64,000 bases of DNA from Patescibacteria group bacterium (GTDB lineage: Bacteria > Patescibacteriota > Microgenomatia > UBA1400 > PJMF01). The stretch covers positions 3,271-67,270 of the forward strand of contig BOKR01000001.1 in NCBI GenBank assembly GCA_016861085.1, given 5' to 3'. The translations under genes were made by a program, and so were the position numbers. Shown here piece after piece: positions 8,964-18,079 of the stretch (position 1 is the first letter of the stretch; every line of letters starts with the position of its first letter). The notes beneath the pieces were generated by a model that saw nothing but the letters and a program-made list of their open reading frames with translations, searched no databases and had not been told where the DNA came from.

Positions 8964-11516
8964 ATGTTTAATCAAAACCAAATAGAAGAAAAGTGGCAGC
9001 AAATCTGGGAAAATAATCAACTGTTTCAGCAGAGTGCTGATTCAACTTCAGTCAAAGATAAGTTGTACTTGTTGTTTGCTTTTGCGTATCCTTCTGGGTC
9101 TGGATTACATGTTGGCCATGTTGAAAGCAAGACTGCTTTAGATATCTTAGCTAGATATTACAGAATGAAAGGGAAGGATGTTTTCTTTCCAGTTGGTTGG
9201 GATGCATTTGGGTTACCGGCGGAAAACTATGCTATTAAAACTGGAATTCACCCAAAAGTTACTACTAAAGATGCAATTATCACGTTTAGAAGACAAATTA
9301 AGCGAATTGGTATTTCATACGATTGGGCAAACGAGCTAGCAACCAATCATCCAGAATACTATAAATGGACACAATGGATTTTTATTCAGATGTTCAACAA
9401 AGGATTAGCATATCAAAAAAATGGTATGGTTAATTGGTGTCCGCAAGACCAAACCGTGCTCGCAAATGAACAGGTGGTTGAAGGCAGATGTGAGCGCTGT
9501 GATAGTCAAGTTGTTCAAAAAGAATTGAAGCAATGGTATTACAAAATTACTCAGTACCAAGAGGAGTTAATTACTGGACTAGATCAAGTTGATTGGCCTG
9601 AAGCCACCAAAGCGCAACAGTTAAATTGGATTGGTAAAAAGACCGGTATCGAAATAACATACAAAATTGCAGATACAGATAAAACGGTTACTTGTTTTAC
9701 TACAAGACCAGATACTAATTTTGGTGCCACATTCGTGGTGATTGCTCCAGAGCACCAGTTTGCCAAAGAAGTCGCGAAGAATAATACAACAGTTGCCGAC
9801 TATTTGGATGCAGCAAGCAAAAAAACAGAACTTGATAGACAGCAAGAGGGCAAAACAAAGACTGGAGCGTTTACTGGTTTTTATGCAATTAACCAGTTAA
9901 CTAACAAAAAAATGCCAATATGGGTGTCTGATTTTGTTTTGGGTGGTTTTGGAACTGGTGCTGTTGTTGGTGTTCCAGCCCATGATGTAAGAGATTTTGA
10001 ATTTTCTCAGTTCGTGAATTCACAAAGTGACAACAAAGCTGATGATGCAGAAAACGCAGATTCTCGAATCGAGGTAATCAGAGTCGTTGTTGGCAGTGAC
10101 GGTGACACTTCGGAAATTACCAAAGTGGAACAAGTGCAAGAAGAAACTGGTACGATGATTAATTCTGACTTCTTAAATGGCTTAGACATTCATGAAGCCA
10201 CACAAAAAATTATGGATTACTTGGAAGAGCAGGGCATGGGTAAACGGGTAACGACCTATCGACTACGTGATTGGCTGATTTCTAGACAGCGCTACTGGGG
10301 GACTCCAATTCCAATTGTGTACGATCCTGAAGGTAATCCACATCCTGTAAAACAGGAGTACTTACCTTGGGAGTTGCCAACGGATGTTGATTTTAAACCA
10401 ACCGGAGAATCACCACTGAAATCAAGCAAGGAATTTATTGAGAGAACACACAAGTATGTATCACAAGTTCATGCAGATTTAATTGCTGAAAAAGGATGGG
10501 ATTCCTCTGGAGAAGGTTGGACTCCAGAGTTTGATACAATGGATACTTTTGTTGATTCAAGTTGGTATTTTTTGCGTTACGTGGATTCAAGAAACAAAGA
10601 TGTTTTTGCCGATGTATCTCAATTGAAAGCGTGGCTGCCGGTCGATTTATACATGATTGGTCCAGAGCACATAGTGTTACATTTGTTGTACTCACGTTTC
10701 TTTACAAAGTTTTTGCGCGATGAAGGATACCTCCACTTTGATGAGCCGTTTATGAAGATGCGTCACCAAGGTATGATCTTGGGCCCAGACAACCGTAAAA
10801 TGAGTAAATCAAAAGGAAACGTCATCAATCCAGATGAAATTATTGAAAAGTTTGGTGCTGACACACTGCGAGTCTATGAAATGTTCATGGGTCCACTAGA
10901 AGCTGACAAGCCTTGGGATATTCGAGCGGTGATTGGAGTATATAAATTCTTACAACGTGTGTATAGCATGGTTAGTGAGAAAGATTTAGCAGAGTTTTCG
11001 CAGCAAGAAAAGACAAAAACAGAACAAAAACTACACCAACTGATTGCTAAGGCCACAGATGATATTCCAAAACTAAAATTCAATACTTCAATTGCCTTTA
11101 TGATGGAGTTTATGAATGTGTGGCAGGATGAGAGTAAAAAATATAGTAAAACACTTTCATCGGAAGACAAGATCAAGTTTATTAAGGTTCTAGCTCCGTT
11201 TGCTCCATTTATGGCTGAAGAGTTGTTTGAAATGGTAACTGGTCAGACCAGTGACAGTGACGACTACAACGGAGTTCACATCACTGTATGGCCTGAATTT
11301 GATCCAAATAAGGCTCAAAGTGACACTGTTATGATTCCCGTTCAGATAAATGGGAAGGTTCGCGCTCAGTTATCGGTTTCTGCAGAGACCGCAAGTGATC
11401 AACAAGTTGTTTTGAATCAAGCGATTGCACTCCCAGAGCTAAAAAAATATCTTGAAGGCAAAGAAATCAAAAAAAAGATTTATGTTGCTGGCAAGATTAT
11501 TTCGTTGGTTGTCTAA
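8964..11516 (+). CDS. leuS: leucyl-tRNA synthetase
   Basis: Class I aaRS motifs: P-S-G-x-LHVGH (HIGH) near the N-terminus, KMSKS (KMSKSKGN), CP1 editing motif TTRPDT. 850 aa. Confidence 0.95.
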   Translation: MFNQNQIEEKWQQIWENNQLFQQSADSTSVKDKLYLLFAFAYPSGSGLHVGHVESKTALDILARYYRMKGKDVFFPVGWDAFGLPAENYAIKTGIHPKVTTKDAIITFRRQIKRIGISYDWANELATNHPEYYKWTQWIFIQMFNKGLAYQKNGMVNWCPQDQTVLANEQVVEGRCERCDSQVVQKELKQWYYKITQYQEELITGLDQVDWPEATKAQQLNWIGKKTGIEITYKIADTDKTVTCFTTRPDTNFGATFVVIAPEHQFAKEVAKNNTTVADYLDAASKKTELDRQQEGKTKTGAFTGFYAINQLTNKKMPIWVSDFVLGGFGTGAVVGVPAHDVRDFEFSQFVNSQSDNKADDAENADSRIEVIRVVVGSDGDTSEITKVEQVQEETGTMINSDFLNGLDIHEATQKIMDYLEEQGMGKRVTTYRLRDWLISRQRYWGTPIPIVYDPEGNPHPVKQEYLPWELPTDVDFKPTGESPLKSSKEFIERTHKYVSQVHADLIAEKGWDSSGEGWTPEFDTMDTFVDSSWYFLRYVDSRNKDVFADVSQLKAWLPVDLYMIGPEHIVLHLLYSRFFTKFLRDEGYLHFDEPFMKMRHQGMILGPDNRKMSKSKGNVINPDEIIEKFGADTLRVYEMFMGPLEADKPWDIRAVIGVYKFLQRVYSMVSEKDLAEFSQQEKTKTEQKLHQLIAKATDDIPKLKFNTSIAFMMEFMNVWQDESKKYSKTLSSEDKIKFIKVLAPFAPFMAEELFEMVTGQTSDSDDYNGVHITVWPEFDPNKAQSDTVMIPVQINGKVRAQLSVSAETASDQQVVLNQAIALPELKKYLEGKEIKKKIYVAGKIISLVV

Positions 11517-11534
11517 AAATGCTAGAATGAGCAC

Positions 11535-11843
11535 ATGGCCGCCATTTCTGAAGAGTTTCAGCTCAAGATTTACAATGATAAAGGGTTGATTTTTGACGAC
11601 TTAGTTATTGCTGTGAGTGCTGAAAATGAAGTTGGACCTTTGAGTATTTTGTCTGGACATTCAAACTTTATTACTACGATTAATGGTTCGTTAGTAGAAG
11701 AAATGCTTTTTGCATATTTTAAAGATGGCACCACTAAAGGTTTTTTGCTTGAGTCTGGAGTGATAAAAGTATATGACAATATTGTTGAAGTCTATTTGGT
11801 TCTTGACCTAAATCTCGATATTCCAGAGGCTAAGCTCAGTTAG
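11535..11843 (+). CDS. atpC: F-type ATP synthase epsilon subunit, short form (102 aa, beta-sandwich domain only)
   Basis: LKIYNDKGLIFDDLVIAVSAENEVGPLSILSGHSNFITTINGSLVEE matches the epsilon N-terminal beta-sandwich (…GxxGILPGHAPLIT…). Lacks the usual C-terminal two-helix domain. Sits on the opposite strand to the rest of the atp operon, convergent with atpD (4-bp tail-to-tail overlap). Confidence 0.65.
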   Translation: MAAISEEFQLKIYNDKGLIFDDLVIAVSAENEVGPLSILSGHSNFITTINGSLVEEMLFAYFKDGTTKGFLLESGVIKVYDNIVEVYLVLDLNLDIPEAKLS

Positions 11844-13615
11844 GTTTTTTCATCTGTCATTTGGGTCGGGGAGTATGCTGCACCCATATTTTCTACTCTT
11901 TGAGGCTGGATGCCATGTTTTGTTTGTAATTCTGCCCCTTCAATTAGGAGAGCTTTGTATTTTTCCTCAATGTTCATGTCACGGTTTCTTGCCAACTCAA
12001 CTTCCTTTTGTTCTTCCTTTATCTTAGTAACTTCTTCTGGAGTTAACGTCATTGGTGGATGACTTGGATCAATTTCTATGTATGAGGTTCGTTTCTTTTT
12101 TTGAAATGGTAATTGGATTTTGAAGAGTGGTTTTTTTAAAGGAAAGGCTGGTTCAAGGTCTTGAGGTTTTACTGAAACAGGGGGTTCTTTGGGTTGTTCA
12201 GGCTGAACGACAGTCGTCTTAGTCGGTTCGGAAAGGATACTTTGGTCAATTTTTTCTATGTAGAGTAGTTTTTCGGGATCGATATTATCAAGTTTACCTG
12301 AAAGGATGATTTCAATATCATCAAGTGTTTGTCTATTTTGGGCGAACACCCCTTTTCTATTGGTTTGTGGTTCTGCCACAGTAAGGCTTTGAGTCATGTA
12401 GTTTTCAATCAAGATGGATCTTTTGTATACAGTCTGGTCTTCAATTGACAGCTCTGAAAGGCCAACGAGAGAAACAATTTTTTCGATATCTTTTGCTTGC
12501 TCCAAGATTTGCGTGCATTTTAAATAAAGTTCGAAATGTTTTTGACCAATCACCTCTGGATTAACTGCGGAGGAGTTTGATGCCAAAAGATCAATTGCAG
12601 GTAATCTCCCGGACTGGTAAATATCTCTAGAAAGCACTATATAACTGTCTAGATAATAAAGAGCGGAACGAACACTATAATCAAGTAAGTCATCTGAAGG
12701 TAAATAGATTGCTTCAATGCTAGTTATGTATGCTTCTGGAGTGGAAGTGAGCATTTCATGGAACGTACCAACTTCAGACGGGAGGGTAGGCTGATATCCA
12801 TCTTCAGAAGGGACAGCGTGCATCAAAGTTGAAAGTTCATATCCTGCCTGACTAAAACGATACATATTATCCATAAAAAACAGCACGTCAGTTCCATGAT
12901 CTCTGAAATCTTCGGCAACCGTAGCTGCAGCGTAAGCAGTCCTAAACCGCACAGCAGGATTTTCGCCCATTTGTCCAACAATCATGACTGTTTTATCAAG
13001 TACTTTTGATTCTGCAAGGTTTTCAAGCAGTTCATGGGCTTCTCTAGAACGCTCACCCACAGCGGCAAACACTGAGACACTTTCTTTATTTGCGTTACTG
13101 GCAACGACAACATTATGAATTAGTTCGGTAAGGAGAATTGTTTTTCCTAATCCAGCACCACCAACAAGTCCGATTTTGCTGCCTTTTAATACAGGTGTGA
13201 AGAAATCAATTGCTCTAATTCCAGTGGTCAAAATTTCTGAAGGAGTAATTGCTGAATCAACTTCAGTAGGTATGTGGGTATGTAACGATTTAAATCGTTT
13301 CGGTTTAAAATCTTTATTATCTTGGGCATTACCAAATACATCAATTGCTCGCCCGAGTACTTCTTTACCTACTGGAATCAGCAGATTTTGTTCAGTGTTT
13401 TCAACGATATCTCCTCTGGAAATTTCATTTTTTTTGTTCAAAATGAAACAGTAGTACGTTTGATTTTCTTGAGCAGAGGAGACGACTTCCAATTTGATTT
13501 CTGGGTTATTTTTAAGAACAAGAACATCAAAGATTGCTGGTTGTTGCAACAAGAACTCAACAATGGCAACATTGTCTTGGATAGCTATAATTTTACCTGT
13601 TTTTTTCATGACCAA
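11840..13615 (-). CDS. atpD: F-type ATP synthase beta subunit with about 120-aa C-terminal extension
   Basis: P-loop GLVGGAGLGKT, DELSEED-region-like acidic segment, strong F1-beta similarity throughout. 591 aa against about 470 typical. The extension has a Pro-rich linker then Lys/Glu-rich helices. Confidence 0.9.
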   Translation of the reverse strand: MVMKKTGKIIAIQDNVAIVEFLLQQPAIFDVLVLKNNPEIKLEVVSSAQENQTYYCFILNKKNEISRGDIVENTEQNLLIPVGKEVLGRAIDVFGNAQDNKDFKPKRFKSLHTHIPTEVDSAITPSEILTTGIRAIDFFTPVLKGSKIGLVGGAGLGKTILLTELIHNVVVASNANKESVSVFAAVGERSREAHELLENLAESKVLDKTVMIVGQMGENPAVRFRTAYAAATVAEDFRDHGTDVLFFMDNMYRFSQAGYELSTLMHAVPSEDGYQPTLPSEVGTFHEMLTSTPEAYITSIEAIYLPSDDLLDYSVRSALYYLDSYIVLSRDIYQSGRLPAIDLLASNSSAVNPEVIGQKHFELYLKCTQILEQAKDIEKIVSLVGLSELSIEDQTVYKRSILIENYMTQSLTVAEPQTNRKGVFAQNRQTLDDIEIILSGKLDNIDPEKLLYIEKIDQSILSEPTKTTVVQPEQPKEPPVSVKPQDLEPAFPLKKPLFKIQLPFQKKKRTSYIEIDPSHPPMTLTPEEVTKIKEEQKEVELARNRDMNIEEKYKALLIEGAELQTKHGIQPQRVENMGAAYSPTQMTDEKT

Positions 13616-14478
13616 AATCCCATTCCAGACAATCTGTTTCGCTGTTTTTTATTAGCTTTGTACTTCATTGTTTTTAGTTTTAATCTTTTAACTTTTTCCA
13701 TTTCGCTCTCAAGATTACTTTGCGTGTGTTGCAATGTTGCGATTCTTGAACCCAAATTTGCCAAGTGTGCTTCTTTGATTTTATGCTGAAACAAGTTTGA
13801 CATAATTTGCAGTTCAAAGAAATGAAGAATTTTTCTTTTATCTGGTTCAAAAAGGAAGTGTTTAGCTTCTTTTTTTTCAGTTTCTGTATCAAGAGTAAGT
13901 GAGAGATCACCCGAGATGGTTTCAATTTGAGGTTTTTGTTCCATTAAGGAGATATAGTATGGGTTATACACGTTGATCTGCTCGTAGTTAAGCAGATGCT
14001 TCATAAGGTCTATATTGCCTCGCAAGTCGGTGTTTTTTTCAGTTAAATTAAAATATGTATAGGTTTGACTTTCCGGAAAAAATTCTTTGAATAGCTTTTT
14101 TGCAGTTGCACCAACGACCACAAGGTCAGTTTCCCTGCCAGTTACACTTTGTTTGTAAAAACTAAGGGACTCTCTGTTTATGCTGGTTGAGAATTTTGTT
14201 TCAAAAGAAATAAAAACATCAACGGTTTTGCCATTTTTTGTGAGGGTAGAAAAGCTAATGACTTGCTTGTTGTTGGGATTAATCTTGATTAACCTTCTAA
14301 GATCTTGTTTGAGATCGACAAACGTATCAAGCAGTCCTTGGAAAAATTTGCGACTGTTGATGGTATTATCTCGGTTGAGTTTCATTTGATAGATTGTTAA
14401 CTTTTGATATGCAGAAAAAAAGTTACCAATGGTATCTAGTGAAGCTTCTTCTGATTGCAGTTGTTTTACACTTGGCAT
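13606..14478 (-). CDS. atpG: F-type ATP synthase gamma subunit (divergent)
   Basis: Sits between atpA and atpD with overlaps on both sides. 290 aa. N- and C-terminal helical segments resemble the gamma coiled coil (…RIATLQHTQSNLESEMEKVKRL…). Confidence 0.6.
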   Translation of the reverse strand: MPSVKQLQSEEASLDTIGNFFSAYQKLTIYQMKLNRDNTINSRKFFQGLLDTFVDLKQDLRRLIKINPNNKQVISFSTLTKNGKTVDVFISFETKFSTSINRESLSFYKQSVTGRETDLVVVGATAKKLFKEFFPESQTYTYFNLTEKNTDLRGNIDLMKHLLNYEQINVYNPYYISLMEQKPQIETISGDLSLTLDTETEKKEAKHFLFEPDKRKILHFFELQIMSNLFQHKIKEAHLANLGSRIATLQHTQSNLESEMEKVKRLKLKTMKYKANKKQRNRLSGMGFWS

Positions 14479-15944
14479 AGACCTAATAGGAATGGTTTAT
14501 TTTTTTCTACTGTAGCAAGCAAATCCTTGAGCGATTTCGAATTTTCAATGATTTGGTCTAAAGTTACCTGAACGTCTTTCTTACCGTAATTTTTGTTTAA
14601 CTCGAATTTACAGGTTGTAATTACATTTTTATGAGATCTTTCGAACCAATCTAGCCAGATCATTGCGAGCAGAATAATTTGAATATTGAGGGGAATACCG
14701 TTGCTTTGACTAAAAAAGTCGGTAAGAAATTCACCTTTTTGTAAGATTTTTTGACTCTGTTCACTAATTTCACTGCCTAAGTGAGTAAGATTTCTAGTTT
14801 TTTGATAGCTGGTAAGGAAACTCGTGATTCTGAGATTAATATCTCTTTGTAGAGGTGATTGTGTTTGTTTTCCCACACGAGTAACAGAGAGACTTGTGTT
14901 GATTGCTGGTCTAAATCCCTGGTTGAAGAGTCTTGGTTCAAAAAGTAGGTGACCATCAGTAATGGAGATCAGATTTGAGGCGACAAAGTCAGTTAAGTCG
15001 CTATTTACAGTCCTTACAACTGGTAAACAAGTCAATGAAATAACTTTTTTTGGGTCAGTTGGGTGAGCATATGTTCCGGCTCTTTCAAGTAGTTGGGCTT
15101 GAGTAAAGAAGATATCACCAGGGTAGGAGTCACGACCAGGAAATTTCTTTGCAAGCAAAGAAATTTCCCGATAAAACTCAGCTTGCGAAGTAAGATCGTC
15201 AATAACAAGCAATACATTTTCTCCTTGTGAAACAACGTATTCTGCGATAGTCATTGCAGAGAATGGAGTAATAACTATCGCACTAATAGAGTCCTTCGGA
15301 GTAGTTGCAACAATAACAACAGAATCTACTACTCCTTGTTTGATAAAAAACTCGTGGGCTTCTCTAATATCAGAAGTTTTTTTTGCTACCATTGCGTAGA
15401 CAACTTTATTTCCAAGTAATGCTTGTTTCACAGCGAGGTTTTTAGCAAACGCACTTTTTCCTGACTTTCTATCTCCAATGAGCAACTCGCGTTGACCCTC
15501 ACCAAGAGGAAGTAGCAAATCAGTGATGCTGAACCCTGTAATCAATTGTCTATTAACTCGCCTTCGTTGCGTTATACTAGCTGGTTCTTGGTAAATTTCG
15601 TTGTATATGAGTGCAGCAGTTGAAAGTTTTTTTCTGCTAGTCATAAGTAAATCTCCCATTGGAGAGAAGACTGAGCCAAAAATGTTTGGGCTAATAGGAA
15701 AAGAAAGCTGTTTTTTAGTTCGGTACAGTTTTAGACCAACCCTAACTGGTGTTTTTGAAAATACCATAAGTTTAATTTCATTAGCACTAAAAGAGAGGAT
15801 TTGCCCTAAACTTTGGTCCTCAAATACTACCATTTCTCCTGGATTTATATTTGAAAAACCTTGAGCTTTTACCAACGGATGTTGCACAGAGGTGACTTCT
15901 GCGTATTCGCTGGCATCAGTTTGGTATTGTTGTGTTTGTATCAT
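14466..15944 (-). CDS. atpA: F-type ATP synthase alpha subunit
   Basis: P-loop GDRKSGKS (alpha-type GDRQTGKT). 492 aa. Conserved F1-alpha core. Confidence 0.9.
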   Translation of the reverse strand: MIQTQQYQTDASEYAEVTSVQHPLVKAQGFSNINPGEMVVFEDQSLGQILSFSANEIKLMVFSKTPVRVGLKLYRTKKQLSFPISPNIFGSVFSPMGDLLMTSRKKLSTAALIYNEIYQEPASITQRRRVNRQLITGFSITDLLLPLGEGQRELLIGDRKSGKSAFAKNLAVKQALLGNKVVYAMVAKKTSDIREAHEFFIKQGVVDSVVIVATTPKDSISAIVITPFSAMTIAEYVVSQGENVLLVIDDLTSQAEFYREISLLAKKFPGRDSYPGDIFFTQAQLLERAGTYAHPTDPKKVISLTCLPVVRTVNSDLTDFVASNLISITDGHLLFEPRLFNQGFRPAINTSLSVTRVGKQTQSPLQRDINLRITSFLTSYQKTRNLTHLGSEISEQSQKILQKGEFLTDFFSQSNGIPLNIQIILLAMIWLDWFERSHKNVITTCKFELNKNYGKKDVQVTLDQIIENSKSLKDLLATVEKNKPFLLGLCQV

Positions 15945-16390
15945 TGTAGTACTGTGGTTTCTATAGATCGTTTATATGTTTTTCCTTGAAAATCAATTTG
16001 AACACTTAATGAGAGATCTTTGTTAAAGGCATATTCAATGATAGCTGTGGGATGTACTGTGGCACGGATTCTTGTAGCAAGTTGTTCGACCTGTTCTTGA
16101 GTGGGGGAATAGCAAAGCGTCAATTTTGCTATTGGTAGCTTCGTGATATAGTTTTGTAAATTTGTGATGGATGCTATAACTTCTGTGGGAGTTTTTATAT
16201 TTTGAAGTAAGGTTTCGAACAAAACAAAGAAACGTTCATGTAACTGTTTTTTAATTCTTTCTTGAATTTTTTTTGAGTCTTGAGTATATGCAAGTTCTTG
16301 CAGGACAGTAAGAGACTCAAGCAGGAGTGCTTTGTCTTCAACAGTGACAACTAGGTCACGCACTAATGATTCGAGTTCATTTTTGACCAT
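15941..16390 (-). CDS. atpH: F-type ATP synthase delta (OSCP) subunit, short
   Basis: Sits between atpF and atpA with 4-bp and 14-bp overlaps. Helical N-terminal domain; C-terminal …LSVQIDFQGKTYKRSIETTV resembles the delta C-terminus. 149 aa. Confidence 0.5.
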   Translation of the reverse strand: MVKNELESLVRDLVVTVEDKALLLESLTVLQELAYTQDSKKIQERIKKQLHERFFVLFETLLQNIKTPTEVIASITNLQNYITKLPIAKLTLCYSPTQEQVEQLATRIRATVHPTAIIEYAFNKDLSLSVQIDFQGKTYKRSIETTVLQ

Positions 16391-17021
16391 TTTTTGCCGT
16401 TTCTTCTTGCCAAAGCTCGTTGATTAATTCTAGCGTTAGCTCATGCTTATCTAGAGTATGTAAAACTTTGCCTAAATATCTCTTTGCGACTTTGTTTACA
16501 AGTTGTTCGCTTTCTTTTGCTATCTTCTCAATTTGATCCTTTTTAAATGATTCAATCTCCCTTTGGGCGGATTGAGATTCAATTACTAACACATTAGAAA
16601 CTTTCTGCTGTAGTTCTACTACAGTTTTTTGTAGTAAAGTGCCGAGGTTTTTGATTTCTACTTCTGTTGCCTTAATTAAATCTTCTGACGATTTTTTAGC
16701 ATGGTCTTGAAGGAGAGTTTTTTGTTGTTCAACGATTTCATCAGTGATATCGTCAATTCTTTGATGTAGCTTTAAAGTGAAGTTTTGCACTTCTGAGTGA
16801 ACGTCATGATATTGGTCAAGGGTTTTTGAGATAATTTCTTGGGATTCACTTCTAGTAGCTGAAACCACTCTATCAAGCTGTTGCTTAATGTGTTCAAACT
16901 CTTTTTTGTAGTCTTCATCCATTTTTTCTATTCTTTTTTTATCAGCGCGCAACTTGTAAGCAATGATGAGTTCAAGAACGAGTCCTAAGATGACTATAGC
17001 TAATAAGTTATACGTTTGCAT
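16377..17021 (-). CDS. atpF: F-type ATP synthase subunit b
   Basis: Single N-terminal TM helix (LLAIVILGLVLELIIAY) followed by a long charged coiled coil. Position immediately upstream of atpH. Confidence 0.6.
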   Translation of the reverse strand: MQTYNLLAIVILGLVLELIIAYKLRADKKRIEKMDEDYKKEFEHIKQQLDRVVSATRSESQEIISKTLDQYHDVHSEVQNFTLKLHQRIDDITDEIVEQQKTLLQDHAKKSSEDLIKATEVEIKNLGTLLQKTVVELQQKVSNVLVIESQSAQREIESFKKDQIEKIAKESEQLVNKVAKRYLGKVLHTLDKHELTLELINELWQEETAKNGQK

Positions 17022-17031
17022 ACTTCCTTTG

Positions 17032-17856
17032 TTACAGCGTTACCACAAAATATGAGCCAGCAATTCCTGCTCCAATAATTGTGATACTTATTAATATATT
17101 AACAAAAATTCCGGTCATAATACTGCTTCGCGCAAGTGGGTTTCTTCCCAGGGCCTCAATACCTTTTTGAGATGTTCTTGAAAAGCTGATGAAGGCAATT
17201 GTGACGGCGGTGATGAGGATTACTCCTGCTACAACATATTTAAGAACTTCTTTTGGGTCATCGATTGCTGCAATTGCACTCAAGCTGACAATGTCTCGAA
17301 GGCGATCTGAAATTGTTTCTGAGTCTGGGGTGTCTTGTGCAAATGTGAAGTCTTTTCCTATCTGGACTTTGATGAGGTTTTTGTCTTGAGCCGTTGAACC
17401 GTTAAAATCTTCTTGGGCAATTCCGAGCGTAAAACCTGACTTTGTCGCTTTCATGCCAACACCAGGTTCAGAGGATGCTGTGATAAAGTCACCTTTAACG
17501 ATTGGCCCACTTTCTCCGGAAACCAAAACTGGTGATACCCCAAAACTGATAATTGGGATTTCATCACCATTTGTTGCTGTGGTATTTCCAACAAACTCGA
17601 TAGCTGGAAACAAGCTGACTGCTCCAATAATGCTTCTATCGTATGCTTCGTCACTTAACTGGTAAGAACCATTCTTATGGGAAACGATCATACCGTTCTC
17701 AATTGGTATATCATCTGGGTGCAAAATATCAACGGGGTAGGCAATACCGAAGTTTTCTTCAGCAGCTTCTTGTGCTTTCGTTGGAGAGCTAGTGGCGGGC
17801 AGCAAAACAACAAGCAGAAATACTACTGCAATGAAGTTTTTGAGTATTTGTCTCAC
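17032..17856 (-). CDS. atypical first gene of the atp operon: signal peptide, about 190-aa extracytoplasmic domain, C-terminal two-helix hairpin resembling an ATP synthase c-subunit that lacks the conserved helix-2 carboxylate
   Basis: C-terminal …VVAGVILITAVTIAFISFSRTSQKGIEALGRNPLARSSIMTGIFVNILISITIIGAGIAGSYFV aligns with the c-subunit loop motif (…EGIARQPE…), but no Asp/Glu at the helix-2 position. Occupies the slot where atpB/atpE are normally found. The resemblance is limited. Confidence 0.35.
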   Translation of the reverse strand: MRQILKNFIAVVFLLVVLLPATSSPTKAQEAAEENFGIAYPVDILHPDDIPIENGMIVSHKNGSYQLSDEAYDRSIIGAVSLFPAIEFVGNTTATNGDEIPIISFGVSPVLVSGESGPIVKGDFITASSEPGVGMKATKSGFTLGIAQEDFNGSTAQDKNLIKVQIGKDFTFAQDTPDSETISDRLRDIVSLSAIAAIDDPKEVLKYVVAGVILITAVTIAFISFSRTSQKGIEALGRNPLARSSIMTGIFVNILISITIIGAGIAGSYFVVTL

Positions 17857-18079
17857 GTATTCATTCTACAACTATCTTTCACTCGATGTAAATATAGATT
17901 ATTCAGTAATTTTTTGACATAAAAACACATCAAAGGGCATCTGTAAGAATTGAGTACAAAAGTTTGTTTTTGTATTTCAATTACATTCAACTTGAGGAAA
18001 TTTTGAGTAATAATATTGTTCTTAAGCATATTTTTATGCATATAAAAATTGCTATACGACAGTATTTTTCGCATATTGT

